64,000 bases of DNA from an uncultured Gammaproteobacteria bacterium (lineage in GTDB: Bacteria > Pseudomonadota > Gammaproteobacteria > Steroidobacterales > JBCCMA01), in assembly GCA_964639265.1 (NCBI GenBank), contig CAZXCL010000004.1, positions 20,900 to 84,899 on the forward strand, given 5' to 3'. Below the pieces are notes generated by a model. That model searched no databases, was not told the origin of the DNA, and was given only the letters and a program-made list of their open reading frames with translations. The translations under genes were made by a program, and so were the position numbers. The first letter of the stretch is position 1, and the number at the start of each line of letters is the position of its first letter. Positions 1 through 9,866 of the stretch are shown in pieces.

Positions 1-1
1 G

Positions 2-73
2 CCTTATGGCGAGGTGTCGATGTTCACGATCAAAACGCCCGACGGGGCCAACATACAGTTTTTTGAACGCTGA
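2..73 (+). CDS. 3' end of probable VOC/glyoxalase-family protein (partial)
   Basis: Frame from base 2 reads PYGEVSMFTIKTPDGANIQFFER*, resembling the VOC C-terminal 'xDPDGNxxE' motif. Confidence 0.55.
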   Translation, partial: PYGEVSMFTIKTPDGANIQFFER

Positions 74-86
74 TCGGGAGAGTACT

Positions 87-713
87 GTGCGCAATCGCTG
101 GCTTGGATGGAGTGGCGCACTCTTCGCGCTGGGTTGGTGTCTACAGGCTGCGGCCGACGACGTGGTATTCGAAGACTATGACTTCGGCCGCTGGTCGCAA
201 ACCATCACGCGTTGCGACGAGCTGGCGGCGCACGGCCGCGATCCGGGGCACGTAGGAACACCGGTGACCAGCAAGACTATGGATAAGCCTGCGGCTATCA
301 AGGCCTGCCGTGAGGCGGTCAGAAATGATCCGGACAACCCGCGACTGAACTACCAGCTTGCCAGGGCGTACGGGTATTCGGGACGCGGTGAAGAGGCGAT
401 GCCGTTTCGACTCAAAGCTGTTGAGGCGGACTATCCGCAGTCGCTGTTCGTAATCGGCTATCTGCACCTGCTCGGGCGCACGATTGAACAGGACACCTGT
501 CGCGCGCTGGAACTATGGCAGCGCGGCGCGCGTTTCCGGCGCCTCGCCGCGCTTGTGTCGCTGCCGCGGCATTACCTGCGCGGCGATTTCGATAAGTGCA
601 ATGTCACGATTTCCGAGCACACGTTGCGCCAATATCTTGAACAAGCGCAAGAGCTGTCGGATGACTATTACGTTGGAATGTTGATCGAGGAACTGCTGGC
701 CCAGCTGGACTGA
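87..713 (+). CDS. Secreted Sel1/TPR-like repeat protein
   Basis: GGGAG RBS then GTG at 87; signal peptide; 'CDELAAH..DP', 'AAIKACREAV..DPDNPRLNYQLARAY', 'SLFVIGYLHLLG' Sel1-like repeats. Confidence 0.7.
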   Translation: MRNRWLGWSGALFALGWCLQAAADDVVFEDYDFGRWSQTITRCDELAAHGRDPGHVGTPVTSKTMDKPAAIKACREAVRNDPDNPRLNYQLARAYGYSGRGEEAMPFRLKAVEADYPQSLFVIGYLHLLGRTIEQDTCRALELWQRGARFRRLAALVSLPRHYLRGDFDKCNVTISEHTLRQYLEQAQELSDDYYVGMLIEELLAQLD

Positions 714-732
714 GTGAGCGGATTGTCGGCGC

Positions 733-780
733 AAAAAAAAGTGGTCCGGAGGCGGGGAGGTTCTTTCCCCCGGACCACTT
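733..780 (-). terminator. Rho-independent terminator of TonB receptor 1
   Basis: AAGTGGTCCGG...CCGGACCACTT inverted repeat flanked by A8 (U-tract on minus strand). Confidence 0.75.
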
Positions 781-811
781 GCCTGCGTGCGCGGAGCCGT
801 TGATTAGCGCG

Positions 812-3355
812 CTAGCGCTGGCCCCATTTGTAGTTCACACGCAGGCCAATCTCGCGATCATCCTGTGGGGAGACCGCGACGCCCTGTTTGGCTGTCAGGA
901 AGGCAAATTGCGTCGGGCTGGAAAAATCGGTCCAGCGCGCGCCGGTGGCCCAGGCCGTTTCATCGGTGAGGTTGTTGACGAACATCTCAATCCGGTAGTT
1001 GTCCGACTCGATGCCGGCACGCAGGTTGAAGATCGTGAAATCATCCAGATAGGCCAAATTCGATTCATCGATAAACGCGCGGCCCTGATAGCGCATGTCG
1101 CCCCGCACGTAGGATTCAAACCCGAGTACGTTGAAGTTGTAGGTGATCGAGCCGTTCATGGCCCACTCGGGCTGGCGCGGGGTCGCGCGGCCGCGCATCT
1201 GCGAGAAGCCGGCGATGGGTGCGACGAAATTGAAGTTGTAGTCGTCGTACTCGGCGTTAATCTTTGAGAGATTGAACGTCATCGTCAGGTTGTCGCTGGG
1301 GCGAAACAGGGTTTCTACCTCAAGCCCCGTGATCGTGGCGTCGCCCGGGATCAGCACATTGCGCGAGTTGAAAAATGGAACAATGTTGCCGCTGCCATCA
1401 TCGATCTGTTTCGGATCGCCAACGCCGATACCGAGCGCAGGATCGCAGCCGGTCGCACCAATGTCCTGCGCGCGGCAGGTTTCGTTAATCTGTACCGACG
1501 AGCGGCCCTTAATGGCTTCCCACTCGTTTCGATAGAGCGCCACGTTCACAAGCAGCCGGCCTTCATTGAATGACTGCTTCCAGCCAACTTCCAGTGCGGT
1601 GAGCTCTTCGGCCGGGGTGGAGGGCTGGATCGTGGGATCGGCGGCCAGATACTGATCCAGCTCGCGCTGATCGGCGTTCACAACGAACGTGTTGAAGTCA
1701 CCGGCAATTTGCCCCAGGGAGTAGCTCGCAAACAGCGTGCCATTGTCGTTTGGCTGATAGCGGAAGATCAGGCGCGGCAGAAACTCGTCGAAAGAATCAC
1801 GCAGGATTTCGCCGCCGGGATTGATCAGGCCACCACCTTTGGTCAGCTCGTCTTGCTGGAAGCGGCCCTCGGCGACAATGGTCATCTGATCATTGATGTC
1901 GTAGTCAATCGCGCCAAACAGGCCGAACACGTCGGCTTCGTCGGTGCCGGCCAGCGTGTTGGGGAACAGCAATACCAGTCCCGGGATGCAGGTTGAGGAA
2001 TCATCAGTAAATTCAGCCGCCGTTGAGAAACAGGACGTGCTGGCGTCGCCGCCGCCGCCGGATGAGGTGAATTCCTGGGTATAGGAGTTCACACCAACGA
2101 GCCAGCGCAGTCGGCCGTCCTGCGGGCCCGTCAGGCGCAGCTCAAAGCTCTGGTCTTCCATTTGCTGCGGATCGCGAGAGAACCAGCCCAGGCGATCCGA
2201 CAGATCAAAGTCGCGAATCCAGTTCGCATCCTGCTCGTTGCGCGCGGCGATGAACTCGATGCTGTAGTCATTGAAGTCGTAGTTTGCCGTCAGGCTGATG
2301 CGCTCGGTTTCGCGCTTGAGTCCGATGCCGCTGACCTGAGGCACGCCCGGCACGTTTGTGGTCGGGTCGTTGATGCCACGGTCAATAACGTTTTGCGGGA
2401 TGATCGTGTTGGATGAGATGACGTTGCTGCCTTGAGTGGCGATTGCGGTCTGCAGGTCGGGCACCTGTCCGCAAATGTAGCGCGTCGGATTGGCCGGGCC
2501 CTCGGGCGTGTTGATGGTGCGCCCCGTGCAGGTGTCATTCTGAATGCCGGAGATAAAGGCCTGCGCCGGCGCGCCATCATCGTCTTCCGATGTTGAGTAG
2601 CGAAACTTCAATGACAGGGCGTCGGTGGGCTCCCAGCTGAGCACGCCATTGAAGGTGGTGGTTTCTTCGTCGCCGAGCCGCCCCCCGTCGTTGGCCACAA
2701 AGTGCCCCTTCTTATCGTAGAGGCGGGCACTGGCGCTAAAGGACAACTGGTCCTGAATAATCGGTCCTTCGACGTAGGCAGACAAATCGTTGTTGCTGTG
2801 ATCGGTGGTCGAGAATGTGGCTTCAGCAAAGTAGTCCTGTTTGCTCGGATCGCGTGTGATCAGATTGACGGCACCGCCAAAGGTGTTGCGTCCAAAGTAG
2901 GCCGACTGCGGACCCTTGATGATCTCCACGCGTTCAACGTCCATGAGTGAGAGCGAGGTGCCGCCGTTGAGCACGTAGACCCCGTCGATGAACAAGGCGC
3001 CGGTCGCGAAGCTGGGCGAAAACTGCGCGGTGGTCAGGCCGCGAAACTGCAGCTGGGTGTTGTAGCGCCCGGGCTGCTGGTTGCCCTGATTCTGAAACTG
3101 AAACCCGGCCGTCTGCTCCGAGATGTCGTCCAGAGCGCGCATATCGGCCGCGGCCAGGTCGTCGGTACCGAACGCGGTGATGGAAATCGGCACATCCTGA
3201 ATGGATTCCGAGCGTTTACGCGCCGTGACGTAAACCTCTTCAATCGGTCCGTTTTCGTTTTTATTGCCGTTTTCCTGGGCAAGCGTTGCGGGAGTAACGG
3301 CGATCAGACCGGGCGTTGCGCACGCCAGCGTCGCCAATAGCGCAGTTCGTTTCAT
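812..3355 (-). CDS. TonB-dependent receptor (1)
   Basis: Signal peptide MKRTALL; TonB box 'IEEVYVTARKR'; plug motif 'VERVEIIKGPQSAYFGRNTFGGAVN'; beta-barrel C-terminus; start moved to ATG 3355 with GAGG RBS. Confidence 0.92.
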   Translation of the reverse strand: MKRTALLATLACATPGLIAVTPATLAQENGNKNENGPIEEVYVTARKRSESIQDVPISITAFGTDDLAAADMRALDDISEQTAGFQFQNQGNQQPGRYNTQLQFRGLTTAQFSPSFATGALFIDGVYVLNGGTSLSLMDVERVEIIKGPQSAYFGRNTFGGAVNLITRDPSKQDYFAEATFSTTDHSNNDLSAYVEGPIIQDQLSFSASARLYDKKGHFVANDGGRLGDEETTTFNGVLSWEPTDALSLKFRYSTSEDDDGAPAQAFISGIQNDTCTGRTINTPEGPANPTRYICGQVPDLQTAIATQGSNVISSNTIIPQNVIDRGINDPTTNVPGVPQVSGIGLKRETERISLTANYDFNDYSIEFIAARNEQDANWIRDFDLSDRLGWFSRDPQQMEDQSFELRLTGPQDGRLRWLVGVNSYTQEFTSSGGGGDASTSCFSTAAEFTDDSSTCIPGLVLLFPNTLAGTDEADVFGLFGAIDYDINDQMTIVAEGRFQQDELTKGGGLINPGGEILRDSFDEFLPRLIFRYQPNDNGTLFASYSLGQIAGDFNTFVVNADQRELDQYLAADPTIQPSTPAEELTALEVGWKQSFNEGRLLVNVALYRNEWEAIKGRSSVQINETCRAQDIGATGCDPALGIGVGDPKQIDDGSGNIVPFFNSRNVLIPGDATITGLEVETLFRPSDNLTMTFNLSKINAEYDDYNFNFVAPIAGFSQMRGRATPRQPEWAMNGSITYNFNVLGFESYVRGDMRYQGRAFIDESNLAYLDDFTIFNLRAGIESDNYRIEMFVNNLTDETAWATGARWTDFSSPTQFAFLTAKQGVAVSPQDDREIGLRVNYKWGQR

Positions 3356-3585
3356 AGTGGCCGGTGCCTCGAGACAGGTCATCGAATGCCGGCGGGTGTT
3401 TTGCCCGGGATCGCGCGCAAAAGGCGTGCGGTTTGAAATGTGGGCGTCGCAGCTCGCCGCGTTGTCTGAACACATATGTGCCAGTTGCTATAAACATATA
3501 ACATTGGTGCATATCGCGCCAGAGAAATATTATGTTGTATCCGCGATATTCTTTAGGCGTGTAAAATACTGATAACGTTGAAAAA

Positions 3586-4260
3586 TTAGCCTGCCGCGCG
3601 TACGCCCGTGCTGTGTTTGGGGCTGGCTCCTTTGCGAAAATAGAACTCAAATGCCTGGTCTCGCTGCCCGGTGAGATAGGGCACAAGATAGAGAATGGCC
3701 ATGGATTCGAGTGCGTGGCAGTGCTTCAGTGGACCCACATCGATGGTCTCAAAGCCCATTTTCTCCACCAGTTCCGCGACCGTCCGCTTGGCATCGGCGT
3801 TGTCGCCGGCCAGCGGCACGGTGACGGCACCGCCGGCGGCCGCCGGGTTGGCCATCACGTGAAACCCCACCGTGTTGAACGCCTTGACGACGTTGGCCGC
3901 CGGCTTGGCGGACTGCAGTTCCTCGGCGGCCGATTCGGCTACCGCCATTTTCATCATGCCGTCGCCGTCGGGAACCAACGCGTTGGTGACATCGATCACG
4001 ATCTTCCCCGCCAGGTCTCCGACTGTTTGCAGTGCTTCGGTCATGCCGCGATAGGGCATGGCAAAGACCACAATATCCGCGTCACGGGCTGCGTCTGCGA
4101 CGGTGACAAGCTGCGCTGCGCTGCCGGTCTGTTGCACCAGTTCGGCCAGGCCCTCGCGCTGTGGGTCGCGTGAGCCATAGACCACATCATGGCCCAACTG
4201 CGCCAGACGAGGGCCAAGTGCGCCGCCGACGCGGCCTGTTCCAAGAATGGCAAATTTCAT
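3586..4260 (-). CDS. NADPH-dependent F420 reductase-like / dinucleotide-binding oxidoreductase
   Basis: 'ILGTGRVG', 'YGSRDP', 'VIDVTN', 'VVKAFNT', 'DVGPL' motifs. Confidence 0.85.
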   Translation of the reverse strand: MKFAILGTGRVGGALGPRLAQLGHDVVYGSRDPQREGLAELVQQTGSAAQLVTVADAARDADIVVFAMPYRGMTEALQTVGDLAGKIVIDVTNALVPDGDGMMKMAVAESAAEELQSAKPAANVVKAFNTVGFHVMANPAAAGGAVTVPLAGDNADAKRTVAELVEKMGFETIDVGPLKHCHALESMAILYLVPYLTGQRDQAFEFYFRKGASPKHSTGVRAAG

Positions 4261-4333
4261 GTTGGGTGCTCCAGTGTGAGAAGGCCTGTTGGCAGTATTA
4301 AACGCTCGCTCGCATGAAATAAAGCGTCAGCAC

Positions 4334-4361
4334 AAAAAACCCCGCCACGTGGGCGGGGTTT
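4334..4361 (-). terminator. Rho-independent terminator of TonB receptor 2
   Basis: AAACCCCGCC-ACGTG-GGCGGGGTTT hairpin with A6 flank. Confidence 0.8.
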
Positions 4362-4413
4362 GCAGACGTCGAAAGAGATCATGGTCTCTCTCGTTATTTA
4401 CCGTGAGCGCCGG

Positions 4414-6867
4414 CTAGAATCGAGCGCGAAGACGCATGCCATAGTTGCGCGGGTACAGATACGAAGTCTGGACCACGTCGTCGCCATTGTTGTTGCCACG
4501 CGCGAGAACATCGGCGTCCTCGATGTTCTCAATGAAGGCTTCCACGGTGTACATGCCATCCGCTGAGTCCCACATGACTCGCAGATCGGTTTTGGTGAAC
4601 GAGTCCTGCTGATGCGACGGATCGTTGGCCAGCAGGTTGGAGGTGTTGTAGCCGTCCGAGTAGTAGGTTTGCAGATACGGTGTGATCGTGCCCTTGTCGC
4701 CCATGTCGATCAGATAGGCGGCACTGGCGCCCAGCGTGATTTCCGGTGACCACGGGGTTGTGACCCCGGCCTGGTCAATGAAGCCGCGGACTTCGCCGTT
4801 GAACAGCTGATACGGGTTGCTCTGGCCAAACGTGCCGAACTCCGAATCCAGATAGGCGAGGGTGCCGGTAAGGGTCCAGCGATCGGTCGGGACCCAGGTG
4901 GCGTCGAACTCAAGGCCCCAGGCTTCGATGTCACCACCGTTATCCGAAAAGGTGAGCACGATGCCGGTGTTGGGATCCAGCCGCTGCCGCTGCGTGAGCA
5001 GGTTGGTGTACTCGGTAAAGTGCAGCGCACCGTTAATCTGCAGAGTGTTGTCACGCAGTACGCTGCGGAAGCCAAACTCGATGACCTGCGACTCCTGTTC
5101 GTCCGTCGAGGTGGTCGTGCTGGCCGAGCCTGACAGATAGCCTGTAGAGGCTGTGCCATAGATCATGGTGTCGTCGTTCATGTCGTATTCGACACCGGCG
5201 CGCCAAGTGAAGTTGTCGAACTCGGGGATGTTGTCCGTGTCCTGAATCGTGTTGGCGCTGGTGATCGCGTCGCTTGCGCCGCAGTTGTAGGTAAACAGGT
5301 CGCGGGCATTCTCGGGCAGCACCGCAGGCGACGTGCCGGCAATGCCGTCGATAACGTTCACGACACGATCGACCGTGCCGTCATTGTTTTCATCGCCGGT
5401 GAAGTTGGAGCCGCCGCAGCTCGCTGATTTTTCCTCGTCGTTGTAGCGCAGGCCACCGATGAGGCGCAGCTGGTCATTGACCGAGTACTCCACCTGGCTG
5501 TAAATGCCCAGGTAATCCGTGTCGATCTGGACCGCGTTCGCGAAGAAGCCGCCGAGCACGGTGGCGTCAGACACCAGCGGCGTTCCCGAAAGAATCGTGA
5601 ATTCACCCAAGTCAGGAATGGTGACAGTGGGCCGTACAGAATCATCGCGCACGGTCTGCTGGTAGATATAGAACGAGTTGAAGTCTTCCACTGACGAGAC
5701 GTACAGCCCTGCGGTCCACTGCAGGGGACCATCGTGCGTGCTGGTGAGCTGGATCTCCTGAGCAAGGCCCTCCGAAGCTTCCTGGTAGCCACCGTTGGAG
5801 TTTTGCGACGGACTGAAATCAAAGTCGAAATTGATGTCGTTGTTGAAGTCGTTGTAGGCCGTAATCGACTTGAGGCTGAAGTTGTCGAAGTCGTAGGTGA
5901 AGGTCAGTGAGAATTCGTCGTCCTCGAGATCAACCGGGCGCACATAGTCCTGAGAGATGCGCCAGGGGTCGCCGCCGGGGCCGTTGGATGCCGGACCGAG
6001 GCCGCCGGAGCCGCGGACCGGGTTGGCGCAGTTGCGAACCGAGCCAAACGGGTCGGTCAGGCCGTCTGGCGTTTCGTTGCGGCACAAGAAGGTGTAACCA
6101 AACAGACCGGCCTCATTGCCGTCCTCTTCGATGCTCGTGGCGCGGAAGATCAGTTCGGCCCGGTCGCTCGGATTCCAAAGAGCAGTAAAGCGAATGCCTT
6201 TGTCGTCCTGCGCACCGATGTCCGGTCCGGCCAGGTTCTGGATGTAGCCGTCGCTCTTGTCCAGATAGCCAGCGATGCGCACGCCAAAATTGTCGGTGAT
6301 TGGTGCGTTGAAATAGCCTTCGCTGCGGACGCGGTCAAAGCGCTGCGGGCTGATGTCGATACCACCAGAAAATTCCTCGAGGTCAGGCGTGTTGGTGTAG
6401 ACATTCAATGCGCCGGCAAATGTGTTGCGGCCATACAGCGTGCCCTGCGGTCCGCGCAGAAATTCAACGTTGGAAACGTCGAAAAAGCCGCGTGTCTGCT
6501 GCGACGCTCGCGCTTTGTAGATGCCGTCGACAAACGCGCCGACAATCGAGCTGTTGTCACCGAAGGTGTTACTGGAGTTGGCGCCGCGAACATTGAACTT
6601 GGCGTCATTACCCACGAACGCATAGTTCAGGCCGGGGACCAGAAGTTCGAGTCGCGATACGTCCGAAATGCCGCCAAACTGCAGCGCCTCTTCGCCGAGT
6701 GCTGTCACAGAGACACTGACGTCCTGCAGGCTCTCTTCGCGTCGTTCGGCCGTCACGACGACCTCTTCAAGTTGAGCTCGAGCACCGAGCGAACCGGCCA
6801 GCAATGTGGCCGCAATGGCGCAGGACAACGCTTTGCGCCCCGCAATTGGTGAATACAGTCGTGTCAT
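4414..6867 (-). CDS. TonB-dependent receptor (2)
   Basis: Start MTRLYSP; 'LEEVVVTAERREESLQDV'; 'VEFLRGPQGTLYGRNTFAG'; C-terminal Phe; the ORF track's upstream extension is not credible. Confidence 0.92.
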   Translation of the reverse strand: MTRLYSPIAGRKALSCAIAATLLAGSLGARAQLEEVVVTAERREESLQDVSVSVTALGEEALQFGGISDVSRLELLVPGLNYAFVGNDAKFNVRGANSSNTFGDNSSIVGAFVDGIYKARASQQTRGFFDVSNVEFLRGPQGTLYGRNTFAGALNVYTNTPDLEEFSGGIDISPQRFDRVRSEGYFNAPITDNFGVRIAGYLDKSDGYIQNLAGPDIGAQDDKGIRFTALWNPSDRAELIFRATSIEEDGNEAGLFGYTFLCRNETPDGLTDPFGSVRNCANPVRGSGGLGPASNGPGGDPWRISQDYVRPVDLEDDEFSLTFTYDFDNFSLKSITAYNDFNNDINFDFDFSPSQNSNGGYQEASEGLAQEIQLTSTHDGPLQWTAGLYVSSVEDFNSFYIYQQTVRDDSVRPTVTIPDLGEFTILSGTPLVSDATVLGGFFANAVQIDTDYLGIYSQVEYSVNDQLRLIGGLRYNDEEKSASCGGSNFTGDENNDGTVDRVVNVIDGIAGTSPAVLPENARDLFTYNCGASDAITSANTIQDTDNIPEFDNFTWRAGVEYDMNDDTMIYGTASTGYLSGSASTTTSTDEQESQVIEFGFRSVLRDNTLQINGALHFTEYTNLLTQRQRLDPNTGIVLTFSDNGGDIEAWGLEFDATWVPTDRWTLTGTLAYLDSEFGTFGQSNPYQLFNGEVRGFIDQAGVTTPWSPEITLGASAAYLIDMGDKGTITPYLQTYYSDGYNTSNLLANDPSHQQDSFTKTDLRVMWDSADGMYTVEAFIENIEDADVLARGNNNGDDVVQTSYLYPRNYGMRLRARF

Positions 6868-6948
6868 CAGTAACCCCCGGGGAAGTCGCCGTCTGTTCGC
6901 GTGCAAACGGCTCAGCCAATTCAAAAGTGCAGGATCAGTCTGCGTCGA

Positions 6949-6965
6949 TTGTACTCCGAATGCAA
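6949..6965. promoter_or_regulatory. Putative LacI-family operator, site A
   Basis: TTGTACTCCGAATGCAA upstream of TonB receptor 2; matches four other sites in the cluster. Confidence 0.65.
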
Positions 6966-7108
6966 GCCAATGCCGTGCCGGTGCGTCGGAGATTTTCCTC
7001 TGATTCTCGCGAGTTACCGCCAGGATGCCCGGAAATTGGGCGCTTACCGGCACCACATGGTGGCGCCACGGCAGGTTATGTCGCTGACTCCGAAGTACAA
7101 ACGCGGGT

Positions 7109-8146
7109 CTAGGCTGCGCCGCCAGACTGTTCCCGCATGCGGGCAAACAGGTCCACCCCCATTTGTGCGAACAGGTGCACCATGTCGACAAACACCCAGT
7201 TTTCGAGATAGCGCTCCCCCGACCTTTTCCAGAAGTCGAGGCCGTTGATGGCAAGCGCGTTGCCGGTGGCGGCCACACCCAGGTATTCACCGCGATGGGT
7301 CGCTTTGACGCCTGACCAGCCCGGCGAGCCGCTGTATTCGCCTTCACCAATCAGTGCGGTCAGGTCCAGCACGCGTCGATCCGGAAAAGCGTTTAACCAA
7401 GGCCCCTGATGAAGCTGCTGGAAGTCGGCGAGGCTCAGGCAGGCGCCAATGCCGCCGGGACCGTACCAGGCGATGTCTGGCTCAAAAAAGTCAGCCATGC
7501 CCATGCTCTTGAGGTCCGATTCGTCGTAGTCGTTGAGTGTGCCGAACACGAAGCGGCGAATATGATCGAGCGTATAGTCGCTGACTGCGTCGTCTTGTTG
7601 GGCCAGCAACACGCCGTCATTTGCCTTCGGTGCGGGGTAGAGACCTGGCCTGCCGCGCGAGGGTGGCAACACGTTTATACCGGCCTGCTCCATGAGATCG
7701 ACAAAGTCGAACAGTGCGTAGCTCTCGACTATGCGCCCGTTTTCCAGGCGCGCAAATTCGCCAAAGCGCATGGCGATGTCTTCGCCGTTGGGCGGAATGC
7801 CCAGATACGGTTGTTCGAAGCGGCCATGGAAGGTGCCCGTCGCGCCAACCCAATAGTGGCCTTCGTTGCGACCGTCTACACGTCCACTTGAAAGACCGCC
7901 CATGAAGATAAACGACTCCCGCTGGAGATTTTTGAACGCACGGCGCATGGGGCGCCAAACACTATCCACATAGGCCTTGGCGCCGATGACCGTGCCAATA
8001 GGTTGGGGACCGTGCCAGGGCGCTTGCGGATCCAGGTGCGGCTCGAGCAGGGCGAGCAGGTCGCCATCGTCTGCGCGGTCCATGGCATTCCACAGGTCCC
8101 ACACCTGTTGCTTGTTGCGCTGATTCAGATCGCTGTGATCGCTCAT
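7109..8146 (-). CDS. Two-domain SnoaL-like ester cyclase (NTF2 fold)
   Basis: 'GTFHGRFEQPYLGIPPNG', 'WYGPGGIG', 'THRGEYLGVAATG', 'ENWVFVD'. Confidence 0.85.
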   Translation of the reverse strand: MSDHSDLNQRNKQQVWDLWNAMDRADDGDLLALLEPHLDPQAPWHGPQPIGTVIGAKAYVDSVWRPMRRAFKNLQRESFIFMGGLSSGRVDGRNEGHYWVGATGTFHGRFEQPYLGIPPNGEDIAMRFGEFARLENGRIVESYALFDFVDLMEQAGINVLPPSRGRPGLYPAPKANDGVLLAQQDDAVSDYTLDHIRRFVFGTLNDYDESDLKSMGMADFFEPDIAWYGPGGIGACLSLADFQQLHQGPWLNAFPDRRVLDLTALIGEGEYSGSPGWSGVKATHRGEYLGVAATGNALAINGLDFWKRSGERYLENWVFVDMVHLFAQMGVDLFARMREQSGGAA

Positions 8147-8670
8147 GGCGTGTCTTCCTTTGCTGCAGGGCGTTGATCGTATTGCTCCCAGCCGTGTCCG
8201 TTGAACGGGTCGATCCCAAGCTGTTGCATCACGTGTGGGAAATCGACCATGACCCAGTTGTCGACGATCTTGCCGTCCACCACTTTCCAGAAGTCCATGT
8301 AGCGAATCTCAACGCGTTTGCCGGTCGGGGCGATGCCCATGAAAGTGCCGCTGTGGGTGGCTTCCTGACGACCAAACGCTGCGCACCACTGACCTTGGGT
8401 AAGACGCGCCTCGTCGATGCACACCTTGTCCGAGAACGCCGCCTGAAACGGCCGCTGCCAGTTGTCCTGAAATTCTCGCAGGCCGTTTTTTACGCCGCAG
8501 CCGGCATTGCCCATCCAGCGAAACGTCGGCGCGAAAAAACGATCCATGTGTTCGATGTCGTGATCATTGAGACCATCGACCATGGCGTCGATGACGCCGA
8601 GCGTTTCAGCCGTTTTCGTCAGGTCGTTGTCCCGTGTCAGCTCGCCCTGCTCGGGGCGTGAGCCCTTCAT
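8143..8670 (-). CDS. Single-domain SnoaL-like ester cyclase
   Basis: 'THSGTFMGIAPTGKRVEIRYMDFW', 'DNWVMVD'; start moved to ATG 8670; 4-bp overlap with next gene. Confidence 0.85.
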   Translation of the reverse strand: MKGSRPEQGELTRDNDLTKTAETLGVIDAMVDGLNDHDIEHMDRFFAPTFRWMGNAGCGVKNGLREFQDNWQRPFQAAFSDKVCIDEARLTQGQWCAAFGRQEATHSGTFMGIAPTGKRVEIRYMDFWKVVDGKIVDNWVMVDFPHVMQQLGIDPFNGHGWEQYDQRPAAKEDTP

Positions 8671-8772
8671 GCTGCGCTCCGATTGCCGCTGCCTGGCCAG
8701 GCACGGCGGGGCGACGTGGGTGGGTCGGGAAAAGTCGTCATTCTGGCATCCTCCAGCGGTGATCGGTTGTTT

Positions 8773-8788
8773 TTGCATTCGCAGTCAA
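8773..8788. promoter_or_regulatory. Putative LacI-family operator, site B
   Basis: TTGCATTCGCAGTCAA (reverse complement TTGACTGCGAATGCAA) in the divergent intergenic region. Confidence 0.55.
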
Positions 8789-8831
8789 CATGAGTAACAT
8801 GTGGCTTTCCCGGGCGCAATGGTGGTATCTG

Positions 8832-9866
8832 ATGACGGTGGACACCGACAAAATCCAGAAGGCCAAAGACGTCGTGCGCGCCTGCCATCGCGACGTGGAC
8901 GGCTGCGCTGACGATCAGCTCGAGGCGACGCTCGCTCGACACGTTAGCGCCCACTACCGCTGGCGCGGCATGCGTCCTTTCTACGAGCAAGCCGGCTCCG
9001 AGGCCGTGGTCGCTGCGTTCTGGCGGCCGTTACGTCAGGCATTTACGGCGCTTACTCGACGCGAGGATGTGTTCATCGCCGGGCACAACGACGCATCGCA
9101 TGATGGTGCCGAAATCTGGACGGCCAGCATGGGGCATTTTGTTGGGTTGTTCGACGCGCCATGGCTGGGTATTCCGGCTACCGGCCGCATGGCTGCGCTG
9201 CGCTACGCGCAGTTCGATTGTGTTGCCGACGGCGCCATCGAGAGTAGCGCGCTTTTTTGCGACGTCATCGGGGTGATGCAGCAGGCCGGCTGCTATCCGT
9301 TACCAGAGCAAACCGGCGCAGCACATATGTATCCCGGGCCGCGCACTCACGACGGAATTCATCTGGCGGCAACCGATCCGCAGCATGGGCACGACACGCT
9401 TGCGCTGATCAATCGCATGATCGACGACTTGAGCGCCTTGAACGACAGCGGCGAGGATCACTGCTCGCCTGAGTATCTGGCGCGTTGCTGGCATCGTGAC
9501 ATGGCCTGGTACGGCCCGGCAGGTATTGGTTCAACCATGACGATTGAGCGTTACCAGCAACAACACCAGTATCCGTTTCGCGAACAGCTCAGTGACAAAC
9601 GCTTTCTCGGGCACGTCGCGCGCATCGCGGAGGGCAATTACGGCGCGTTCTTTGGCTGGCCCAATCTGACCAATCGTTCCACTGGCGGTTTTCTGGGATT
9701 GCCGGCCAGCGCCACGGCGTGCGAGATGCGTGTGGTCGATGTGTTTCGTCGCGATGGCGATCGGTTGGCAGAGAACTGGGTGTTTATCGATCTGCCGCAC
9801 TATCTGGCGCAACAGGGGCTTGACGTGCTCGATCGATTGCAACGGCTGCGTCAGGGCGGCGGGTGA
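8832..9866 (+). CDS. Two-domain SnoaL-like ester cyclase
   Basis: 'WLGIPATG', 'WYGPAGIG', 'ENWVFID'; paralogue of 7109-8146. Confidence 0.85.
   Translation: MTVDTDKIQKAKDVVRACHRDVDGCADDQLEATLARHVSAHYRWRGMRPFYEQAGSEAVVAAFWRPLRQAFTALTRREDVFIAGHNDASHDGAEIWTASMGHFVGLFDAPWLGIPATGRMAALRYAQFDCVADGAIESSALFCDVIGVMQQAGCYPLPEQTGAAHMYPGPRTHDGIHLAATDPQHGHDTLALINRMIDDLSALNDSGEDHCSPEYLARCWHRDMAWYGPAGIGSTMTIERYQQQHQYPFREQLSDKRFLGHVARIAEGNYGAFFGWPNLTNRSTGGFLGLPASATACEMRVVDVFRRDGDRLAENWVFIDLPHYLAQQGLDVLDRLQRLRQGGG

Noticed and set aside
6868-7350. N-terminal extension of TonB receptor 2 in the ORF track (likewise extensions of the SDR, LacI, amine oxidase and DUF1223 ORFs)
   Set aside because: The extensions overlap neighbouring genes or promoters; signal peptides, RBS sites and domain boundaries point to downstream starts
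7109-9866. Polyketide biosynthetic cluster
   Set aside because: No KS, ACP or NRPS genes; importers and a LacI regulator point to catabolism
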